From contig OZ024743.1 in assembly GCA_964016885.1 (NCBI GenBank), forward strand, positions 126,666,001 through 126,730,000: DNA of 64,000 nucleotides, written 5' to 3'. Of the stretch, positions 54,787 through 64,000 are shown one piece after another. The position numbers were made by a program, and so were the translations under genes. This DNA is from Eledone cirrhosa. Taxonomy: Eukaryota. The first letter of the stretch is position 1, and every line of letters begins with the position of its first letter. Below the pieces are notes generated by a model that made no database searches, was not told where the DNA came from, and worked only from the letters and a program-made list of their open reading frames with translations.

Positions 54787-56603
54787 TTTTTAATGTACTT
54801 TGTTTATATAGACATTCTTCAATAAGATTTTTCTTATTTTATTTTCACAACGATTTCTACTACATGTGACATGTCTAACGTTTTAGACTACCTATATCTG
54901 CCTAAATGTCAAGTATAAGTAGTTAAGAAAACTATATTGAGAACAGAATAATTCGGCACCCTCAGTTGGACAGCATATCTCTGCTACATCTCGAAGACTT
55001 GAGGTAAAACTGTGTACTTTACATTCCGATATGAAATAACGCCACTGATGATTTTCATATTAAAGACACAAAAAGGATGATATAAAAACGGGTTTTATTG
55101 AGAGATTTCTCTACTTGCTCCTTGCTTGCTCTCTGCCACAGTCAAAAGGAGCAAGCAGCGTCCTTCTTCCTGGAGTTCAATGTAGAGTGTGAGCACGAGC
55201 AAAATACACAAGAAATTTGGTGTTTTGTCCCTGTGAAGTGACCGTTTTCAGTATCCTTAAATGATACAACACATTGGGTAAGGCTTCTTTTGATTTCACT
55301 AAGTGGTTATTTCTACCATAAACACACACTTACACATATATACAAAGTCGAACATATATATAGTTAGCACATATGTAATGAATGCACATGTATTAATTCT
55401 CGTGTACAATACACGAACAATACGTGAACATCTCGATATATCATAGAGGGAGGACAAGGAGAAAAAATGACAGAAGTCTGCAAACAAAAAAATTAAAGCA
55501 ACATCTTTGGGGCACACAAAGACTTTCTATTGTTTAGAATCTTAAAATGAGGCATCCGCCTGCACAGGCCTCGGTGGTGTAATGGCTAGCATGGTTGCAT
55601 TACAAGCAGTTGATCCGTTTTCAACTCTCGGCCGACGCATAGGTTTAGTGTTTGATGGAAGAGCTTTGTCTTTTTAATCATAACATTGTATATATAATTA
55701 AAATAAGAGAGAGAAAAAACAGGGGTTAAAAACGTCAAATTCTACTACATCAGTTGCGAAATATATCTCAGATACATCTCGTGAACCAAATGACAAACGG
55801 CGTACTTTACATTCCGAGATCAAATCCCACCAGTTATGTCGTTGATATTTATTTGTGATACCATATGCAAGATGGATAACGTGAAGTCGGGGATAATCGC
55901 GGAATTTCTCTGTTTACACAAAAGTCCAAGTGAAAAAAATGGCAACATTTCTACTGGAAACCCAAAGTGGATTGAGGGGACGTAGTAATAGAATCTTGAA
56001 ACAACTCTAGAATTGTGGGTTGTTAAGAAAAACAAAAAAAGAAATACAACCCACGTATTAATAATGACATTCCTGATCTCTGACATTTACATGGAGATGA
56101 GTAAAAGAAAACGTTAACAAGTCAGGAGGAAAGGTTGTTTACTATCAGAATTTATCTCAATGTGGCTACCTAGGGTTGAGAGTAGAGTGCTTCCTCGGAC
56201 ATTGGCAATACACAAAGAGAGAAATTCGTCTTTTATGTTTGCATGTAGCCCAGCTTTTCTCCCACTAACTAATGTAAGTGTTCAGAACTAGAGATCAACT
56301 TGTGTCACATAGTTCTCATGCCAGAGAGCAATGACAACAGTTGTCTTTTCTGGCTATCAAAAACCTCCGCGTACTAGCCACATAAGAGGGCCTGATTTCT
56401 GTATCGAGTGATTTTGAGAAGATAACAAAGACCAAATAAAATTCTTTGTTATTCCCAATATTTAACATATTTATATATCATACAGATAATAAAACCTATA
56501 GAAAACCTGACTGAGTTGAGGGAAAACTTAAAGCAGTAGCTTTGGTAGACAGAACAATTTTGTATTATTCAATATCTTTAAATGATGGGATAACGATCCA
56601 GAG

Positions 56604-56675
56604 GCGTCGGTGGTGTAACGGTTAGCATGGTTTCCTTCCAAGCAGTCGATCCGGGTTCGACTCCCGGCCCACGCA
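56604..56675 (+). tRNA. trnG: tRNA-Gly(TCC) variant G30T plus G68C, probably impaired
   Basis: ggtttccttcc and ggcccacgca: mismatches in the anticodon and acceptor stems. Confidence 0.7.
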
Positions 56676-58499
56676 TTTTTAATGTACTTTGTTTATATAG
56701 ACATTCTTCAATAAGATTTTTCTTATTTTATTTTCACAACGATTTCTACTACATGTGACATGTCTAACGTTTTAGACTACCTATATCTGCCTAAATGTCA
56801 AGTATAAGTAGTTAAGAAAACTATATTGAGAACAGAATAATTCGGCACCCTCAGTTGGACAGCATATCTCTGCTACATCTCGAATACTTGAGGTAAAACT
56901 GTGTACTTTACATTCCGATATGAAATAACACCACTGATGATTTTCATATTAAAGAGACAAAAAGGATGATATAAAAACGGGTTTTATTGAGAGATTTCTC
57001 TACTTGCTCCTTGCTTACTCTCTGCCACAGTCAAAGGGAGCAAGCAGCGTCCTTCTTCCTGGAGTTCAATGTAGAGTCTGAGCACGAGCAAAATACACAA
57101 GAAATTTGGTGTTTTGTCCCTTTGAAGTGACCGTTTTCAGTATCCTTAAATGATACAACACATTGGGTATGGCTTCTTTTGATTTCACTAAGTGGTTATT
57201 TCTACCGTAAACACACACACATATATACAAAGTCGAACATATATATAGTTAACATATATGTAATGAATTAACATGTATTAATTCTCGTGTACAATACACG
57301 AACAATACGTGAACATCTCGATATATCATAGAGGGAGGACATGGAGAAAAAATGACAGAAATCTGCAAAGAAAAAAATTAAAGCAACATCATTGGGGCAC
57401 ACAAAGACTTTCTATTGTTTAGAATCTTAAAATGAGGCATCCGCTTGCACAGGCGTCGGTGGTGTAATGGCTAGCATGGTTGCATTCCAAGCAGTTGATC
57501 CGTTTTCAACTCTCAGCCGACTCATAGGTTTAGATTTTGATGGAAATGCTTTGTCTTTTTAATCACAACATTTCTTTGATTTTTATATATAATTCAAATA
57601 AGAGTGGGAAAGGACAGGGGTTAAAAACGTCAAATTCTTCTACCTCAGTTGCGAAATATATCTCAGACACATCTCGTGAACCAAATGATAAACGGCGTAC
57701 TTTACATTCCTAGATCAAATCCCACCAGTTACGTCGTTGATATTTATTTGGGATACCATATGCAAGATGGATAACGTGAAGTCGAGGATAATCGCGGAAT
57801 TTCTCTGTTTACTCAAAAGTCCAAGTGAAAAAAATGGCAACATTTCTACTGGAAACCCAAAGTGGATTGAGGGGACGTAGTAAGAGAATCTTCAAACAAC
57901 TCTAGAATTGTGGGTTGTTAAGAAAAACAAAAAAAGATATACAACCCACGTATTAATAATGACATGATTGATCTCTGACATTTACACGGAGATGAGTAAA
58001 AGAAAACGTTAACAAGTCAGGAGGAAAGGTTGTTTACTATCAGAATTTATCTCAATGTGGCTACCTAGGGTTGAGAGTAGAATGCTTCCTCGAACATTGG
58101 CAATACACAAAGAGAGAAATTCGTCTATTATGTTTGCATGTAGCCCAGCTTGTCTCCCACTAACTAATGTAAGTGTTCAGAATTAGAGATCAACTTGTGT
58201 CACATAGCTCTCATGCCAGAGAGCAATGACAACAGTTGTCTTTTCTGGCTATCAAAAACCTCCGCGTACTAGCCACACAAGAGGGCCTGATTTCTGTATC
58301 GAGTGATTTTGAGAAGATAACAAAGACCATATAATATTCTTTGTTATTCCCAATATTTAACATATTTATATATCATTCAGAGAAAAAAAACCTATAGAAA
58401 ACCTGACTGAGTTGAGGGAAAACTTAAAGCAGTAGCTATGGTAGACAGAACAATTTTGTATTATTCAATATCTTTAAATGATGGGATAACGATCCAGAG

Positions 58500-58571
58500 G
58501 CGTCGGTGGTGTAACGGTTAGCATGGTTTCCTTCCAAGCAGTCGATCCGGGTTCGACTCCCGGCCGACGCA
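58500..58571 (+). tRNA. trnG: tRNA-Gly(TCC) variant G30T
   Basis: One anticodon-stem mismatch. Confidence 0.8.
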
Positions 58572-60388
58572 TTTTTAATGTACTTTTTTTATATAGACAT
58601 TCTTCAATAAGATTTTTCTTATTTTATTTTCACAACGATTTCTACTACATGTGACATGTCTAACGTTTTAGACTACCTATATCTGCCTAAATATCAAGTA
58701 TAAGTAGTTAAGAAAACTATATTGAGAACAGAATAATTCGGCACCCTCAGTTGGACAGCATATCTCTGCTATATCTTGAAGACTTGAGGTAAAACGGTGT
58801 ACTTTACATTCCGATATGAAATAACGCCACTGATGATTTTCATATTAAAGACACAAAAAGGATGATATAAAAACGGGTTTTATTGAGAGATTTCTCTACT
58901 TGCTCCTTGCTTGCTCTCTGCCACAGTCAAAAGGAGCAAGCAGCGTCCTTCTTCCTGGAGTTCAATGTAGAGTGTGAGCACGAGCAAAATACACAAGAAA
59001 TTTGGTGTTTTGTCCCTGTGAAGTGACCGTTTTCAGTATCCTTAAATGATACAACACATTGGGTAAGGCTTCTTTTGATTTCACTAAGTGGTTATTTCTA
59101 CCATAAACACACACTTACACATATATACAAAGTCGAACATATATATAGTTAGCACATATGTAATGAATGCACATGTATTAATTCTCGTGTACAATACACG
59201 AACAATACGTGAACATCTCGATATATCATAGAGGGAGGACAAGGAGAAAAAATGACAGAAGTCTGCAAACAAAAAAATTAAAGCAACATCTTTGGGGCAC
59301 ACAAAGACTTTCTATTGTTTAGAATCTTAAAATGAGGCATCCGCCTGCACAGGCCTCGGTGGTGTAATGGCTAGCATGGTTGCATTACAAGCAGTTGATC
59401 CGTTTTCAACTCTCGGCCGACGCATAGGTTTAGTGTTTGATGGAAGAGCTTTGTCTTTTTAATCATAACATTGTATATATAATTAAAATAAGAGAGAGAA
59501 AAAACAGGGGTTAAAAACGTCAAATTCTACTACATCAGTTGCGAAATATATCTCAGATACATCTCGTGAACCAAATGACAAACGGCGTACTTTACATTCC
59601 GAGATCAAATCCCACCAGTTATGTCGTTGATATTTATTTGTGATACCATATGCAAGATGGATAACGTGAAGTCGGGGATAATCGCGGAATTTCTCTGTTT
59701 ACACAAAAGTCCAAGTGAAAAAAATGGCAACATTTCTACTGGAAACCCAAAGTGGATTGAGGGGACGTAGTAATAGAATCTTGAAACAACTCTAGAATTG
59801 TGGGTTGTTAAGAAAAACAAAAAAAGAAATACAACCCACGTATTAATAATGACATTCCTGATCTCTGACATTTACATGGAGATGAGTAAAAGAAAACGTT
59901 AACAAGTCAGGAGGAAAGGTTGTTTACTATCAGAATTTATCTCAATGTGGCTACCTAGGGTTGAGAGTAGAGTGCTTCCTCGGACATTGGCAATACACAA
60001 AGAGAGAAATTCGTCTTTTATGTTTGCATGTAGCCCAGCTTTTCTCCCACTAACTAATGTAAGTGTTCAGAACTAGAGATCAACTTGTGTCACATAGTTC
60101 TCATGCCAGAGAGCAATGACAACAGTTGTCTTTTCTGGCTATCAAAAACCTCCGCGTACTAGCCACATAAGAGGGCCTGATTTCTGTATCGAGTGATTTT
60201 GAGAAGATAACAAAGACCATATAAAATTCTTTGTTATTCCCAATATTTAACATATTTATATATCATACAGATAATAAAACCTATAGAAAACCTGACTGAG
60301 TTGAGGGAAAACTTAAAGCAGTAGCTTTGGTAGACAGAACAATTTTGTATTATTCAATATCTTTAAATGATGGGATAACATCCTAGAG

Positions 60389-60460
60389 GCGTCGGTGGTG
60401 TAACGGTTAGCAGGGTTGCCTTCCAAGCAGTCGATCCGGGTTCGACTCCCGGCCGACGCA
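60389..60460 (+). tRNA. trnG: tRNA-Gly(TCC) variant T25G
   Basis: ttagcagggttgcc: D-stem terminal mismatch. Confidence 0.8.
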
Positions 60461-62226
60461 TTTTTAATGTACTTTTTTTATATAGACATTCTTCAATAAG
60501 ATTTTTCTTATTTTATTTTCACAACGATTTCTACTGCATGTGACATGTCTAACGTTTCAGACTACCTATATCTGCCTAAATATCAAGTATAAGTAAGAAA
60601 ACTATATTGAGAACAGAATAATTCGGCACCCTCAGTTGGACAGCATATCTCTGCTATATCTTGAAGACTTGAGGTAAAACTGTGTACTTTACATTCCGAT
60701 ATGAAATCACGCAACTGATGATTTTCATATTAAAGAGACAAAAAAGATGATATAAAAACGGGTTTTATCGAGAGATTTCTCTACTTGCTCCCTGCTTGCT
60801 CTCTGCCACAGTCAAAAGGAGCAAGCAGCGTCCTTCTTCCTGGAGTTCAATGTAGAGTGTGAGCACGAGCAAAATACACAAGAAATTTGGTGTTTTGTCC
60901 CTGTGAAGTGACCGTTTTCAGTATCCTTAAATGATACAACACATTGGGTAAGGCTTCTTTTGATTTCACTAAGTGGTTATTTCTACCATAAACACACACT
61001 TACACATATGTACAAAGTCGAACATATATATAGTTAACACATATGTAATGAATGAACATGTATTAATTCCCGTGTACAATACACGAACAATACGTGAACA
61101 TCTCGATATATCATAGTGGGAGGACAAGGAGAAAAAATGACAGAAGTTTGCAAACAAAAAAATTAAAGCAACAGCTTTGGCGCACACAAAGACTTTCTAT
61201 TGTTTAGAATCTTAAAATGAGGCATCCGCCTGCATAGGCGTCGGTTGTGTAATGGCTAGCATAGGCTTAGTTTTTGATGGAAATGCTTTGTCTTTTTAAT
61301 CATAACATTTCTTTGATTTTTATATATAATTCAAATAAGGTCAGGGGTTAAAAACGTCAAATTCTTCTACATCAGTTGCGAAATATATCTCAGACACATC
61401 TCGTGAACCAAATGACAAACGGCGTAATTTACATTCCGAGATCAAATCCCAACAGTTCCATCGTTGATATTTATTTGGGATACCATATGCAAGATGGATA
61501 ACGTGAAGTCGGGGATAATCGCGGAATTTCTCTGTTTACACAAAAGTCCAAGTGAAAAAAATGGCAACATTTCTACTGGAAACCCAAAGTGGATTGAGGG
61601 GACGTAGTAAGAGAATCTTGAAGCAACCCTAGAATTGTGGGTTGTTAAGAAAAACAAAAAAAAGAAATACAACCCACGTATTAATAATGAAATCCTTGAT
61701 CTCTGACATTTACACGGAGATGAGTAAAAGAAAACGTTAAAAAGTCAGGAGGAAAGGTTGTTTACTATCAGGATTTATCTCAATGTGGCTACCTAGGGTT
61801 GAGAGTAGAATGCCTCCTCGGACATTGGCAACACACAAAGAGAGAAATTCGTCTTTTATGTTTGCATGTAGCCCAGCTTGTCTCCCACTAACTAATGTAA
61901 GTGTTCAGAACTAGAGATCAACTTGTGTCACATAGCTCTCATGCCAGTGAGTAATGAGAACAGTTGTCTTTTCTGGCTATCAAAAACCTCCTCGTACCAG
62001 CCACATAACCGGGTCTGATTTCTGTATCGAGTGATTTTGAGAAGATAACAAAGACCATATAAAATTCTTTGTTATTCCCAATATTTAAAATATTTATATA
62101 TCATACAGATAATAAAACGTATAGAAAACCTGACTGAGTTGAGGGAAAACTTAAAGCAGTAGCTTTGGTAGACAGAAAAATTTTGTATTATTCAATATCT
62201 TTAAATGATGGTATAACATCCCAGAG

Positions 62227-62297
62227 GCGTCGGTGGTGTAACGGTTAGCATGGTTGCCTTCCAAGCAGTCGATCCGGTCCGACTCCCGGCCGACGCA
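62227..62297 (+). pseudogene. tRNA-Gly(TCC) with damaged B-box/T-arm
   Basis: gatccggtccgactcc: 1 nt deletion plus T>C. Confidence 0.75.
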
Positions 62298-64000
62298 TTT
62301 TTAATGTACTTATTTTATATAGACATTCTTCAATAAGATTTTTCTTATTTTATTTTCACAACAATTTCTACTACATGTGACATGTCTAACGTTTTAGACT
62401 ACCTATATCTGCCTAAATATCAAGTATAAGTAGTTAAGAAAACTATATTGAGAACAGAATAAATCGGCGCTCTCAGTTGGACAGCATATCTCTGCTATAT
62501 CTTGAAGACTTGAGGTAAAACGGTGTACTTTATATTCCGATATGAAATAACGCCACTGATAATTTTCATATTAAAGCGACAAAAAGGATGATATAAAAAC
62601 AGGTTTTATCGAGAGATTTCTCTACTTGCTCCATGCTTGCTCCCTGCCACAGTCAAAAGGAGCAAGCAGCGTCCTTCTTCCTGGAGTTCAATGTAGAGTG
62701 TGAGCACGAGCAAAATACACAAGAAATTTGGTGTTTTGCCCCTGTGAAGTGACCGTTTTCAGTATCCTTAAATAATACAACACATTGGGTAAGGGTTCTT
62801 TCGATTTCACTAAGTGTTTATTTATACCATAAACACACACTGACACATATATACAAAGTCGAACATATATATAGTTAACACATATGTAATGAATCAACAT
62901 GTATTAATTCTCGTGTACAATACATGAACAATACGTGAACATCTCGATATGTCATAGAGGGAGAACAAGGAGAAAAAATGACAGAATTCTGCAAAAAAAA
63001 AATTAAAGCAACATCTTTGGCGCACACAAAGACTTTCTATTGTTTAGAACCTTAAAATGAGGCATCCGCCTGCATAGGCCTCGGTGGTGTAATGGCTAGC
63101 ATAGGCTTAGTTTTTGATGGAAATGCTTTGTCTTTTTAATCATAACATTTCTTTGATTTTTATATATAATTCAAATAAGGTCAGGGGTTAAAAACGTCAA
63201 ATTCTACTACATCAGTTGCGAAATATATCTCAGACACATCTCGTGAACCAAATGACAAACGGGGTACTTTACATTCCGAGATCAAATCCCACCAGTTACG
63301 TCGTTGATATTTATTTGGGATACCATATGCAAAATGGATAACGTGAAGTCGGGGATAATCGCGGAATTTCTCTATTTACTCAAAAGTCCAAGTGAAAAAA
63401 ATGGCAACATTTCTACTGGAAACCCAAAGTGGATTGAGTGGACGTAGTAAGAGAATCTTGAAACAACTCTAGAATTGTGGGTTGTTAAGAAAGACAAAAA
63501 AAGAAATACAACCCACGTATTAATAATGACATGATTGATCTCTGACATTTACACGGAGATGAGTAAAAGAAAACGTTAACAAGTCAGGAGGAAAGGTTGT
63601 TTACTATCAGAATTTATCTCAATGTGGCTACCGAGGATTGAGAGTAGAGTGCTTCCTCGGACATTGGCAATACACAAAGAGAGAAATTCGTCTTTTATGT
63701 TTGCATGTAGCCCAGCTTTTCTCCCACTAACTAATGTAAGTGTTCAGAACTAGAGATCAACTTGTGTCACATAGCTCTCATGCCAGAGAGCAATGACAAC
63801 AGTTGTCTTTTCTGGCTATCAAAACCCTCCGCGTACTAGCCACATAAGAGGGCCTGATTTCTGTATCGAGTGATTTTTAGAAGATAACAAAGACCATATA
63901 AAATTCTTTGTTATTCCCAATATTTAACATATTTATATATCATACAGATAATAAAACCTATAGAAAACCTGACTGAGTTGAGGGAAAACTTAAAGCAGTA

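Larger units (their letters stand above)
40516..63102 (+). pseudogene. Second-position tRNA-Gly pseudogene of each unit: 40516, 42404, 44295, 46188, 48080, 49977*, 51820, 53718*, 55568, 57453, 59353, 61238*, 63078* (* = only the 5' 25 nt remain)
   Basis: Most full-length copies share gtaatggctagc, loop attccaa and a destroyed B-box ccgttttcaactctc; none has an immediately adjacent T-run. Confidence 0.9.
39600..64000 (+). repeat. tRNA-Gly tandem array, about 13 units of 1838-1896 bp, continuing beyond the window
   Basis: Main tRNA starts at 39680, 41555, 43450, 45339, 47234, 49126, 50974, 52866, 54715, 56604, 58500, 60389 and 62227. Each unit also holds a pseudogene ~835-855 bp downstream. 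Confidence 0.97.

Noticed and set aside
40066-62900. Recurrent 60-90 aa ORFs in array spacers, and MRRPGVEPGSTAWKATML-type ORFs
   Set aside because: They open and close at random between units; the latter are antisense readings of the tRNA gene.
39600-64000. CRISPR-like or prokaryotic repeat-spacer array
   Set aside because: The spacers are themselves repeated, units are ~1.9 kb, there are no cas genes and the context is eukaryotic.

Overview
AT-rich, microsatellite-dense animal genomic DNA. The SINE families and repeat landscape suggest an octopus/cephalopod (inference). No intact host protein-coding gene is supported. Bases 1-21 kb are a transposon graveyard: Penelope RT and GIY-YIG pieces with two candidate hammerhead ribozymes, RTE, R4/Dong-like and CRE fragments, hAT elements and MITEs, tRNA-derived SINEs, a ~1.5 kb palindrome, and one isolated tRNA-Gly(TCC) gene. 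Bases 21.5-39.6 kb are the decayed edge of a tRNA-Gly(TCC) tandem array, interrupted by a Tx1/L1-like LINE, a ~3.1 kb inversion and a 6.1 kb Helitron; all three break the repeat 95-127 bp downstream of a tRNA copy. From 39.6 kb to the end runs a homogenised array of ~1.84-1.90 kb units, each with one tRNA-Gly gene and one pseudogene, plus dimeric higher-order repeats. Only 3 of the 13 main array genes match the consensus. One otherwise perfect copy has anticodon TCT (Arg), and two copies carry G3-U70, the alanyl-tRNA synthetase identity pair, so they are candidate natural mistranslating tRNAs. Coordinates were read by eye and boundaries of degraded elements are approximate.
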